Made by a program: the position numbers and the translations under genes. A model generated the notes under the pieces. The model was not told where the DNA came from, did not search any database, and worked only from the letters and a program-made list of their open reading frames with translations. This document shows positions 21,101 through 31,200 of a stretch of DNA of 64,000 nt, in pieces (positions within the stretch are counted from its first letter, which is position 1; each line of letters opens with the position of its first letter). The stretch is from a virus (taxonomy: Duplodnaviria; Caudoviricetes): the IMG/VR virus record IMGVR_UViG_3300035703_000043, positions 30,591-94,590 of that record; one strand, written 5' to 3'.

Positions 21101-24100
21101 AAATCTCATATTCCAGGATTAAATGGTCAAGATGGTATCTATCATTTGATAGTATTATCTTCAAATGTATCCCCTTCTTCTGATATTGGATATAATCTTT
21201 CATCTAAGGCATTCAATCAAGATGTTAGAAATTTATATCCACAAATTGATCTTGATAATTTCAATTCTGACCCATCAGAATCAGTAAGTTATGCTTATTC
21301 ACCTGTAATTGGAAAAGTCATAACAGATGATAAGAGAAAGTCAATCACAAGAGAAAGTATAAACACATTTTTAAAGAATGCGAATGTAGGATTTGCAATT
21401 ACAGGAGTTACAGTAACTGGAACTGGATATACTACAGTAACTCTTCATACAAATGTTGAGCACAATTTTAATTCAATCAAATCAATATCAATAAAAGATC
21501 CAACTGGAGCAGGAACATCAGGGGCAGGATATGGAAATACAACAATTTATTCTTCTAATTTAATAGGAGGAAGTGGTCAAGGTGCTTCCCTTTTTGTTCC
21601 TGTTGTTGGTTCCACTGGAACAATTAATACAAATTCAATTAGAATAGTTGATGCTGGTTCCGTTTATTCGGTTGGAAATGTACTTGACGTTTCTGGTCCA
21701 TCTGGAATTACTCCGACAATTTATGCAAAGGCAGAAGTCATAGAAATAAACAATAATATTGGAGATTCTCTTGAAGTACGTGGTTTTAATACCACAGATT
21801 TAGATGGAGTTTATAAGATTACAAATGTTCCATCATCAAAATCTATAGAAATTTATGTTCCTAATGGAGTTCCATCATATCAATCAAATACAAATGGTAG
21901 AACTCCATTAGCAGCTTTAGTGTCAAAAGGTATTGGAATTAACTCATTTACATTTAATGATGTTAATACTGGAATTGTAACAGTTACAACCAGTATTTCT
22001 CATGGTTTACTTAGAGGAAATAAATTTACAATTGTTGGTAGTGGTCATACAATATATGATAAAACATTTGTTGTAAAAGAAAATGTTGGATTAAATACTT
22101 TTACATTCAATGTTGGAGTTGTTACGCAAACAGCAAATTCAACAACTGGAACACTTCTGAAGCATTCATTAAGTTCAAATGAACTTGTACTATCAAGAGG
22201 TGAAGACACTCTTGGATCTAGAGCATCTTATTTTTATGCAGGAATTACAACTACGATTTCTTCTGCATTGAATTTGTCAGATACAACAATTACCTTAACG
22301 AGTTCAAAGGGATTTGACCGTGGTGATTACATAGTCATCAATAATGAAATCATTCGTCTTGCCAATTCAACAAGCACAAATCAATTCAACGTCATTCGTG
22401 GTAATTTTAGTACATTTAAAACAACTGCTGAAGCAGGAACACAAGTCAAAAAAGTAAATGTAATGCCAATGGAGGTTCGTAGACCTTCATTTATGAGAGC
22501 ATCTGGTCATACATTTGAATATCTTGGATATGGACCAGGAAATTATTCAACTGGTATGCCTCAAAAACAAACCAGAATTTTAACAGAAGATGACGTTCTT
22601 GTATCTCAAGCAAGAAAACAAAAAGGTGGTGTAGTTGTCTACACTGGAATGAACGATGTTGGTGAATTTTATTCTGGTGCAAAGAAACTAAGTTCATCAA
22701 CAGGTGAAGAGAAAATTGTTGAAGCACCAATTCTCAGTTACACTGGAGATGATGCCGAAGGAACAAATACCAATAAGTTAGATGTAACATTTGATAATGT
22801 TTTAGCAAGAGGAAGAATTACTGTTGAGGGTGGTGATGGAGCAAAAGAGACAAGTCAATTTTATGGACCAGTAAGTTTTAATAAAAAAGTAGTAAGTACT
22901 TCCGATGAAGGTGTTAATGTTGAAAATCTTTATGTAAAAGGTGACACCACAACTTATAAATTAATTACAGTCGGGGTATCAACTCCAACTGATGCAAATT
23001 TAGTAAATCGTGGTAATATTTCCCTAAAATCACTTCCAAACGAAGGTTACATTGGGCAAGTTTATGTTGATGGGGAATGGAAAAAATATGGTCCAATCAG
23101 TCAATCTAAAGATATTTTAGATTTTAAAGTTGATAAAATTGGAATTGGTAATTCCAATGATTTTACAAATACTTCAAATCCTGGAGTTAATGATGTTATA
23201 TTTTATGTTGGTGGAAAATCAAAATTCAAGGACGTAGTGTTTGCTGGTCAAGTTGAAATTGAATCTGGAATTACCTTAGATGATGTCAATTTTAATAATA
23301 TTAATATTAGAAAAACTGCATTTTTTAGTGGAATAGGTGCTGGTACAAGTTATGCCATTTATGTTTATAATCCAGGAGATGTAGTAAATGGTTCAAATGT
23401 ACCAAGACTTAGAAGTAGATTTTATGATTTAGAAGTTGCTGGAGTTTCTACATTTAGTGGTCTTGTAGGAATCGGAACAACAATTTTTACTGGAACTTCC
23501 AATCAATTGTTGCAGATTGATAGTGGTGCTTATATAAGTGGTTCTGTAGGTATAGGAACCACAAACCCAACAGATAAATTGTCTATAATTGGTGATGTTG
23601 GAATTCAAACCAGTTTGAATTTATATTCCTCAAATCAAGTCAAAAAAGGAACAATACAAGCAGTAGAGACAACTGAAAAATATCAATCCGGTTTAGTAAT
23701 TAACGTTCCTAATGGTAATGAAATTGCATTTTCTGATGGTGAATCAAGAAATGTTGTTATAACTGGTAATGGAAATCTTGGAATTGGAACCACAACTCTA
23801 TCATCAAAATTACAAGTTCACGGAACAATCGGAATATCTTCTACTGGAGATACAGAAGAACTTGTACCTGGAGGAAGAACACAATTTAGTTCAAGTAGCA
23901 CCTCTGGATTTGTCTTAAATCACAATCACAGCACCGATATAGTTTTCCAAAATCAAGGAATTGAAAGATTTAGAGTTGGTAGTGGAATAACAGCAACTTA
24001 TACAAGTCTTAGTGCTGGTTCTGACTTGACTGGAAGTCATTTCAAACTTAAAAATGATGGGACTGGAGACGTTGTTCTTTCTTGGTTCACAGATGATTTG

Positions 24101-25780
24101 AATAATCGTAGATGGTATGCTGGTATTGATGTAAGTGATTCTTATTCTTGGAAATTAGCAAGTACAAATAGTTCTGTTTCACCAGGACAAGAAAGTTTTG
24201 ATTCAGTTGGTGAGAATACAGCAAGAAATCAAATTGAAACTAAACTTAAACTCAATCAAGATGGTGATTTAAGTGTTCTTGGTGCATTGACTCTAAATGG
24301 TTTGAACACACCATCAAGATTTGAAGTCGGAAGTGTTGGAGTTTCAACCATTAGAGGAAATTTAAATCTTTTCAATCTTGTTAATACTAGTGGTCAAACA
24401 GTAACTGTCTCTGATTTTAAAATCAATACTGACAAATTTACTGTTGCAGGAAATACTGGAAATATTACTACAAAAGGAACAATTGTTTCTGATGGAACTT
24501 TGACTGTCAATTCTCAAGGAAATTCATCTTTTAATGGCACTCTTGGAGTTACTGGTAATGTAACTGCTTCTGGATTTGTTGTGAATGGAAATCCAACGAC
24601 AAATGGCATTTCAAATATACTAAGGGCAAATGGAACTAATTCTGCACTACAAACACAGGAGGTGATAAATGCTCTTGGGTTTACTCCTCAACCCCCAATT
24701 GCAACATCAAATTTACCAATAGGAAACTCTGAAGTATTGAAGGATATTAGTGGTTTATTTAATGGACATCCAAAAACTGGAATATCATTCCAGTTATTTA
24801 GAACTTCGATAGATCCAGAAACTGACACAAATTTACCATTTGTGCCACTTGGTCCTGATAATTTAATTGTTTCTCTTGGTGGTGTAATACAAAAACCATC
24901 TACTGATTATACAATCCGACAAGTTAAAGTCTCTGGACTTGGTGAGGAAGATCGTTACGCTTATACAAATATAATTGATTTTGTTGAAGCTCCTCCTGAA
25001 GGAACTCCTTGTTTCATTCTTGCTCTTGGTGGGCAGGGAAGTCTCAAATCTAATCAGGATTGGAACAATAAAGGTGAAATTCTTGTTGCAACAGGAGATA
25101 ATGCAGCAACAACACTTGCTGTCGGTGCCAATGGAACAATATTAACTGCTGATAGTAGTAAATCTGGTGGTGTTGAGTGGAAAAACTCTCTGGATCTTAA
25201 TGGTTCTATTACTGGAACTTCATTAAGTGCTGGTTCTGGTTCCATTAATGGTGGTTCTATTACTGGAACTTCATTAAGTGTTGGGACTGGTTCTGTTACT
25301 GCTGGTTCATTTGTTGGAAATGGAACTATTCCAGTTGGTGGGATTATTATGTGGTCTGGTTCTACCATACCTACTGGATGGGCTCTTTGTAATGGGTTGA
25401 GTGGAACTCCAGATTTGAGGGATAAATTTATTGTTGGTTCTGGTAGTGGTTATGATATTGGAGCTACTGGTGGTAGTGCTAATGCAACTTTGGTATCTCA
25501 CAGTCATACTATGGTTGCAGACGGGTCTCATAGACATGGATATGTTTATGCGACTGGAAGTAGCATTGATGGAAATGGAACTGCAAATCATGTTAATCAA
25601 GGTGGCATTAATGAATTAGAGCAAAGTGGAAGTCCAGATGGTAGAGGATTGAGGAAATTTTTTGCAGACACTTCAGAGAATGGATTTCACTCACACACAA
25701 TCAATCCCGAAGGTTCTTCAGGAGCCAATGCAAATCTTCCTCCATACTATGCACTTGCTTTCATTATGAGAACTACATAA
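18197..25780 (+). CDS. Giant (2527 aa) tail fibre/structural protein with C-terminal tail-collar domain and HxH tip motifs
   Basis: IPVGGIIMWSG..IPTGWALCNG..TPDLRDKFIVG (collar domain), then HSH/HRH/HSH and NLPPYYALAFIMR; VGIGTT repeats. Confidence 0.82.
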   Translation: MPLSRLENFLKNAEGNILYVNPSDFDATDSYENQGNSLTRPFKTIQRALIEAARFSYQSGKNNDRIDRTTILVYPGTHYIDNRPGFSISKQGSNAVYKKRTGTSTWTEVTLPELNENTNYNILDTNNDLYKFNSVLGGTILPRGTSIIGYDLRKTKIRPLYVPNPEDSTVDNTSIFNVTGTCYFSTFTFLDADSTKTVFRDYTDNRFVPNFSHHKVVSFAYADGVNKVALGTEQTDLTDLDMYYYKVARAYGDITGRGIVDYPSLNDFEPSKDEFRIVGELQANPLGISSISGGDGITKATNVITVTTKNIQTGEEIPHGLFVDSPVLISGITTDASAFNGSFTVREVVGVSTFTYTSTSSPSNQNPQVADYESGIVTIEADSVSSASPYVFNCSIRSAYGLCGMWADGNKADGFKSMVVAQFTGVSLQKDDNAFIIFNKTTGKYEGNDVLALTSNERPLHTNGNAIYKPDYESYHIRVSNNGFVQCVSIFAIGFAKHFITESGGDMSITNSNSNFGAISLESVGYRNESFDRDDVGYITHIIPPKEIDAPESNINWLSFDVQKTISVGVTEKLYLYNYKNKEVSPSKDVDGFKIGAKTNDSLNLNIVIGTAQTVYTSPILMPVSVGIGVTARKTYTIARSGNLNQISNNVLTLSSNHQLINGESVRIFSDTGEVPNGLTVNTVAYAITTGLAANQVKLAYSLNDAIAQNEIKGINDRGGILTLVSSVTDKKPGEIGSPIQYDDANGQWYVLSSNDSNNKIYSAIVGFGTTSLGNESSSTYVKRKLDNRSIQDRIYRLRYVVPKEYTNARPPQAGFVLQESKTVGISPISFDYTQSITEQTPPAYLRNEKIIKNATVGAVSGGKQTVTITTEKPHKFFVGDKVKIQRIKSENNSSATGITSTYNGSYFITSVPSSKTFTYEISGVKINPGAFTNQIDERDTSQERSQIPLASREEYKNDFYIYRVDTIKSHIPGLNGQDGIYHLIVLSSNVSPSSDIGYNLSSKAFNQDVRNLYPQIDLDNFNSDPSESVSYAYSPVIGKVITDDKRKSITRESINTFLKNANVGFAITGVTVTGTGYTTVTLHTNVEHNFNSIKSISIKDPTGAGTSGAGYGNTTIYSSNLIGGSGQGASLFVPVVGSTGTINTNSIRIVDAGSVYSVGNVLDVSGPSGITPTIYAKAEVIEINNNIGDSLEVRGFNTTDLDGVYKITNVPSSKSIEIYVPNGVPSYQSNTNGRTPLAALVSKGIGINSFTFNDVNTGIVTVTTSISHGLLRGNKFTIVGSGHTIYDKTFVVKENVGLNTFTFNVGVVTQTANSTTGTLLKHSLSSNELVLSRGEDTLGSRASYFYAGITTTISSALNLSDTTITLTSSKGFDRGDYIVINNEIIRLANSTSTNQFNVIRGNFSTFKTTAEAGTQVKKVNVMPMEVRRPSFMRASGHTFEYLGYGPGNYSTGMPQKQTRILTEDDVLVSQARKQKGGVVVYTGMNDVGEFYSGAKKLSSSTGEEKIVEAPILSYTGDDAEGTNTNKLDVTFDNVLARGRITVEGGDGAKETSQFYGPVSFNKKVVSTSDEGVNVENLYVKGDTTTYKLITVGVSTPTDANLVNRGNISLKSLPNEGYIGQVYVDGEWKKYGPISQSKDILDFKVDKIGIGNSNDFTNTSNPGVNDVIFYVGGKSKFKDVVFAGQVEIESGITLDDVNFNNINIRKTAFFSGIGAGTSYAIYVYNPGDVVNGSNVPRLRSRFYDLEVAGVSTFSGLVGIGTTIFTGTSNQLLQIDSGAYISGSVGIGTTNPTDKLSIIGDVGIQTSLNLYSSNQVKKGTIQAVETTEKYQSGLVINVPNGNEIAFSDGESRNVVITGNGNLGIGTTTLSSKLQVHGTIGISSTGDTEELVPGGRTQFSSSSTSGFVLNHNHSTDIVFQNQGIERFRVGSGITATYTSLSAGSDLTGSHFKLKNDGTGDVVLSWFTDDLNNRRWYAGIDVSDSYSWKLASTNSSVSPGQESFDSVGENTARNQIETKLKLNQDGDLSVLGALTLNGLNTPSRFEVGSVGVSTIRGNLNLFNLVNTSGQTVTVSDFKINTDKFTVAGNTGNITTKGTIVSDGTLTVNSQGNSSFNGTLGVTGNVTASGFVVNGNPTTNGISNILRANGTNSALQTQEVINALGFTPQPPIATSNLPIGNSEVLKDISGLFNGHPKTGISFQLFRTSIDPETDTNLPFVPLGPDNLIVSLGGVIQKPSTDYTIRQVKVSGLGEEDRYAYTNIIDFVEAPPEGTPCFILALGGQGSLKSNQDWNNKGEILVATGDNAATTLAVGANGTILTADSSKSGGVEWKNSLDLNGSITGTSLSAGSGSINGGSITGTSLSVGTGSVTAGSFVGNGTIPVGGIIMWSGSTIPTGWALCNGLSGTPDLRDKFIVGSGSGYDIGATGGSANATLVSHSHTMVADGSHRHGYVYATGSSIDGNGTANHVNQGGINELEQSGSPDGRGLRKFFADTSENGFHSHTINPEGSSGANANLPPYYALAFIMRTT

Positions 25781-25783
25781 TAG

Positions 25784-25791
25784 CATAAATA
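25784..25791 (+). promoter_or_regulatory. Late promoter CATAAATA
   Basis: Upstream of the small ORF at 25816. Confidence 0.6.
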
Positions 25792-25815
25792 CCCTCATAG
25801 TTATTCTATAAAATT

Positions 25816-25977
25816 ATGACTAAACAAGAAATGATTAGTTCTTTAACACAAAAGGCAGTTCAAATTCGTGATGAACTTGTTGCATTGGAGCAACAATTTA
25901 ATGCCAAAAAAGAAGAATTCCTTAAAGTTCAAGGAGCACTTGAGGCATTAAATGAATTGGAGACAGAAGAAGAATAA
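25816..25977 (+). CDS. 53-aa coiled-coil protein (not in ORF track); possible fibre chaperone
   Basis: MTKQEMISSLTQKAVQIRDELVALEQQFNAKKEEFLKVQGALEALNELETEEE; has its own late promoter and a downstream hairpin. Confidence 0.7.
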   Translation: MTKQEMISSLTQKAVQIRDELVALEQQFNAKKEEFLKVQGALEALNELETEEE

Positions 25978-25982
25978 ATAAA

Positions 25983-26003
25983 AGGGACAGAGATATTGTC
26001 CCT
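25983..26003 (+). terminator. Hairpin AGGGACA-N7-TGTCCCT
   Basis: 7-bp stem directly after the stop codon; weak U-tail. Confidence 0.5.
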
Positions 26004-26099
26004 CTTGTAATTAAAAATTGAAGTTCCTACCATTACTTTAGTAATTATAGAACAGGGGAAGTATCTATAGATTCTGAGGTTATTTTCTCCTAATATCAG

Positions 26100-27887
26100 A
26101 TGGATAATATTAAAGTAAGAGTAGGAACTAATAATGCTATAAAAGTAATTTCAGCAAATCGTGCTGATGCAGTACAAGTAAATTCTGATTATGTAGTTTC
26201 AAATATCTTATATGTCACAGAAGACGGAAACGATTCAAACACAGGAAAAAAACTCGGAGAAGCAAAAGCAACTATCTCAGCAGCAGTTGGAATTGCAACA
26301 GAGGGAACTGTTATTAAAGTTAGTGCTGGAACTTACATAGAAAATAATCCAATTATTTTACCAAAACAAATTAGTATTGTTGGAGACAACCTAAGAGAAG
26401 TTACAGTTGTCCCTCAAAATTCAAATGCTGATTTGTTTTATGTTAACAATGGAAATTATATTTCCAATATGTCTTTTTCTGGAAGTTTAAATTCAGGAAA
26501 AGCAGTTTTTGCTTTCAATCCAAATAAACCTGTTTATATAAACCAATCACCCTATATTCAAAATTGTACTAATTTTATTCCAAATAGTATTGGATTAAAA
26601 GTTGATGGATCTAAAGCAATAGGACCAACTAAGAGTATGGTTTTAGATTCCTATACACAATACAACCAAAATGGAATTGGAGCATCAATTACAAATGAAG
26701 GATACGCACAGTTAGTATCTATGTTTACTATTTGTAATGATATTGCTGTTTATTGTGGTTCTGGTGGTGGTTGCGATTTAACAAATTCAAATTCCTCTTT
26801 TGGTAATTATGCTCTTGTTGCAGATGGAGCCAGCGTTAAAAAATACACAGGAATTGTCACAGTATCTGCATCTGAAAATTCTGATACTTTTGTTTTAGAT
26901 TTAAATACACCAACTTTAAATGTTACAAACGCAGTTTATGACAATGTAACTGGTTTAACAACTATCACTGTCAGTCAAAATCATAATTTCAGTGTTGGAA
27001 TGGGAGTCTCAATTAGTAATCTTACTTTTACTTGCCCATCTGGGGAAGGAACTGCGGTATTTCCTTCTGGCAATAATGGATATGTTTTTGAAGTTGCAAA
27101 TTTACCATCATCAACGTCATTTGAAGTTTATGTTGGAGTTTCCACCATTCAGCACACTTATTCATCTGGAGGTTATGTAAAAACAAATGTAGTTCGTCCA
27201 TTTGATGGACAAGTTGTTTATTTTGGGCAACCTTATTATACAATTGGGGGAGTAACAGTAAGTGCTGGTGGAACTGGTTATACAGGAAATGCATCAGTTA
27301 TATTTGATTCACCACAAACTTCTTGGGGAATATCTGCCTCAGCAGTTGCAGAAGTTAAGAATGGGTCAGTAGTTAACGTCGAGATGGTATCTTCAGGAAG
27401 AGGATATAGTTCAGCATCACCAACAGTAACTTTTAGTTCTCCTGATGTTGGAATAAATACTGCAGTAGGAGTTGCCAATTTAGTTCCAACATATTATACG
27501 ATTCAAAGTTCTACTCCAATTGTGTCTGGAATTTGTACAATTACTTTAAATGATGTTGTTCCTTTTCCTGTTGGGGTTGGTACTACAACTTTCTTCTTTA
27601 AGCAAAGTCGTATTTTGGCATCTGGACATTCTCTTGAATACATTGGTTCTGGAACAAATATTGCGTCTGCTTTACCAGTCACTGGTGGTGTTGCCATTCA
27701 AGAAAATGAAATTGATATGAGAAATGGTGGTCTTGTTGTTTATACAAGCACTGACCAATCTGGAAACTTTAGAATTGGAGATGGTGTCGTAATTAATCAA
27801 CAAACAGGAACTATTAGTGGAACATTTTATTCTAAGAGTTTATTTTCATCAATGACACCATTTATCTTAGCACTTGGAGGAGAATAA
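26100..27887 (+). CDS. Fibre/structural protein, paralog of the C-terminal part of 5917..9339
   Basis: Shared motifs GTYIENNPI, PYIQNCTNFIPNSIGLKV, DSYTQYNQ and VYTSTDQSGNFRIG. Confidence 0.75.
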   Translation: MDNIKVRVGTNNAIKVISANRADAVQVNSDYVVSNILYVTEDGNDSNTGKKLGEAKATISAAVGIATEGTVIKVSAGTYIENNPIILPKQISIVGDNLREVTVVPQNSNADLFYVNNGNYISNMSFSGSLNSGKAVFAFNPNKPVYINQSPYIQNCTNFIPNSIGLKVDGSKAIGPTKSMVLDSYTQYNQNGIGASITNEGYAQLVSMFTICNDIAVYCGSGGGCDLTNSNSSFGNYALVADGASVKKYTGIVTVSASENSDTFVLDLNTPTLNVTNAVYDNVTGLTTITVSQNHNFSVGMGVSISNLTFTCPSGEGTAVFPSGNNGYVFEVANLPSSTSFEVYVGVSTIQHTYSSGGYVKTNVVRPFDGQVVYFGQPYYTIGGVTVSAGGTGYTGNASVIFDSPQTSWGISASAVAEVKNGSVVNVEMVSSGRGYSSASPTVTFSSPDVGINTAVGVANLVPTYYTIQSSTPIVSGICTITLNDVVPFPVGVGTTTFFFKQSRILASGHSLEYIGSGTNIASALPVTGGVAIQENEIDMRNGGLVVYTSTDQSGNFRIGDGVVINQQTGTISGTFYSKSLFSSMTPFILALGGE

Positions 27888-27890
27888 AAA

Positions 27891-28220
27891 ATGGCATTAC
27901 CGTTAAATGTATTTCAGACAGTTACTGCAGTTGTGTCTACAAGTCCATCCGAAATTTACACTGCTCCAGTTGGATATACTGGTGTTGTTCTTTTAGCACA
28001 AGTTGCAAACATTGGTGCAACTTCTCAAGATATTACGATGCTTCATCGCAGAAGTTCTACTGATACAGAAATGTTAAAGCAATATCCAGTTGCTGGAAAC
28101 GATACAATAAATCTTCTTTCTGGAAAATTAGTTCTTGAAAGTGGTGATAAATTAGTTATATCTGGTAGTAATGCAACTAATCTGAAATTTGTCGCAAGCA
28201 TTTTAGAAACACTTAACTAA
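27891..28220 (+). CDS. Small beta-rich fibre-associated protein; paralog of 9341..9694
   Basis: IYTAPVG..GVVLLAQVANI ... LVLESGD ... SILET. Confidence 0.7.
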   Translation: MALPLNVFQTVTAVVSTSPSEIYTAPVGYTGVVLLAQVANIGATSQDITMLHRRSSTDTEMLKQYPVAGNDTINLLSGKLVLESGDKLVISGSNATNLKFVASILETLN

Positions 28221-28228
28221 TACCAAAA

Positions 28229-31200
28229 ATGGCAAAGTACCTCAGCAATCGTCAAAAAAACTTTAAGATTGGTATAAGTTCTTATACTGAAAATAAAACA
28301 GTATTGGAGATTACTGGGAATGTTGGTATTGGAACAACAAATGCAACATCTGATTTGTATGTAGTTGGAGATGGATATTTTACTGGTGTTGTAACTGCTT
28401 CTAACTTTTATGTTGGAAATGAATTAGTTGGTGCTGGTGGTTCATTTGCACAACTTTATGTATCTGGTATCGCTACTCTTGGAGCAAATGGTGGTATTAC
28501 TACAACTGGCGGAAACTTATATGTCGGTGGAGATTTACAAGTTTCTGGATCTTCTAATTTTATAGGAACAGCAATTTTTAGAGGTGGAACAATTGGAATT
28601 GGTGACTCTACTTCTGATGACATTAATGTTGGTGGTGAATTTGTATCAAATTTAGTTCCAAAATATGACAATACGTATGATATTGGTTTAGAAAGTAATA
28701 GATGGAGAAACGCAAGATTTTCTGGTTTAACAACAACTGGTAATCTTTATGTATCTGGTGTTGGTACAGTAGCAAATTTATATTCTACCACTGGTATTAT
28801 TAATTATCTCTCTGGTACTGACCTTAATTTTAGTGGTATTAGCACTCTTGGAGTCACATCTGCAACACAATTAACTTCTCAAAGTCTTACTGTTTCGGGA
28901 AATAGTAATTTATCAATTACTGACATAACAGTCAATAGTTCTTCCAATGCATTAACAATTACTCAAACTGGGACTGGAAACGCATTAATTGTTAAAGATG
29001 ATAATTCAGATTCCAGTCCTTTTGTAGTTACTGGTATTGGTTCTGTTGGTGTTGGTGTTGAAAATCCTGCAGAAAAACTTCAAGTTGATGGAAATATAAG
29101 ATTAGGTTCTTCAGACTCAAATTATATTGCATTTAAAGGTACAACTGGAGATTCTCCTAATGGAGGATTTACTCATACCTTTATTGGAGAAAGAATTTAT
29201 ACTCCTGGAACAGAAGAATCCGAACTTCTTATATTTAAAGGAAACGACCACGATTTATCAGTTGAAGGACCAGATAGAATTCGATTAGCAGCAGCAGAAA
29301 TTAGATTTGACACTTATACAATTCCAACTTCAGGTTCTTTTGAAGAAGTTGCTACTTCTGGAAATTTAGATACGAAATTTATAATAAGAGACAACGGTTT
29401 TGTTGGAGTAGGAACAGCAAATCCATCTTCAACACTTGATGTTAGTGGAAATTTGAATGTCAGTGGAATTGGCACCATCAATACATTAGATGCCAATATA
29501 GTTGACATTGAGAATTTAACTGCCACTAATATTAATTCTTCTGGAATTTCTACATTAGGAATCGCATCAATAAATCATCTTTATGTTTCTGGTCTTTCTA
29601 CATTTGTTGGTGTAGGAACATTTAATGATGATTTGTATGTTGGTGGTGATGTTAGAATATCTGGCATTTTAACAGTTGGTGGAAATAGTGTAGTAATAGA
29701 TGGGGAAAATGACCTTATTAAAATTGGTTCTGGAGTTACTTTAGGTTCTTCATCTGGAACTATAGTTTATTTGAGTGGTACTAATTTAAATTATAGTGGC
29801 ATTGGTACGATTGGAACTTTAGATACCAATATTGGTACAATTGATTATCTCTCTGGTACTGATTTAAATTATAATGGTATTGGTACATTTGGTACTTTAG
29901 CAGTAACTGGATTAACAACTACAAAAGATTTACGAGTTGTTGGAATTACAACACTTGGAGTTACAACAGTAACTAATTTAACAGCACAGAATATTAACTC
30001 TTCTGGTATTGTAACTGGTTTTACATTCCGTCCAAGTAGTGGATATTATCAGTCTGCAAATGGAACTAACTCTTTCTATGTTTATGATGGTACAGGGAAT
30101 GTAGCATTCCAAGGAACAATTGGTGCAAGTCAAATCAATAATGCTTCTGGATATAAAGTTATTGGATTTGCTGGAACCAATATTACTTTTGAAAATAATG
30201 CTTATATTGCAGGCATTACAACCTCTGTTGGTGGTTTTATAGGAAATCTGACAGGAACTGCAACAACCGCAACTAAACTTGAGACTGCAAGAGCATTTGA
30301 AATTACTGGAGACATTGTTGCGTCTGCGATTAGTTTTGACGGAACTGGCAATGTATCTTTAGCAGCAACAATTCAACCAAATAGTGTTGCTCTTGGTTCA
30401 GATACAACTGGTGATTATGTTCAGTCAATTACTGGAACTTCAAACCAAATTACTGTTACAGGTGGAACTGGTGAAGGTTCTACACCAACTTTAAGTCTTC
30501 CAAACAATTTAATTCTTCCACAAGATGTTACAGTTACAAGAGACTTACAAGTCAATCGTAACTTAAATGTAACAGGTAATATTACGATTGGCGGTTCAAC
30601 TGCATTTGTGAATGTTCAAGAGTTAGTTGTTACTGACCCAGATATTATTCTTGGTTATAGAACAGATGCATTTGGTAATGATGTTTCAAATGATAATACT
30701 GCTAATCACGGTGGTGTTGCTCTTGCTTCTACAGAAGGAACTCCATTAGTTAATCTTTTTGTTGCTGGTATTGAAACAGCACCTGCCACATATAAGAAAA
30801 TTATGTGGTTCAAGGAAGGCACTTTTGCTGGACTTGGAACTGATGCTTGGTTAATCAATTATGCAGTCGGTATTGGTTCAACACAATTCCCAACTGGAAC
30901 AAGACTTGCTGCTGGTAATGTACAATTTACTGAAAATGATTTAGCAGTTGTTAGAAATATTAATTCTTCTGGTCTTATAACAGCAACCAGATTTATTGGA
31001 ACAGCAACAAATCTTGATATTAATGGTCTTACGACAATTAATGACCCACAAAGTAATGATTTTATAGCACTTTATGATGTGAGTGGAGCAGTTGTAGGAA
31101 AGGCAACTATTCAAAATGCTGCTCTTCAAGGTCTTCAGGGAACTCAAGGCACACAAGGTATACAAGGTACTCAGGGTCTTCAAGGAACTCAAGGTACTCA

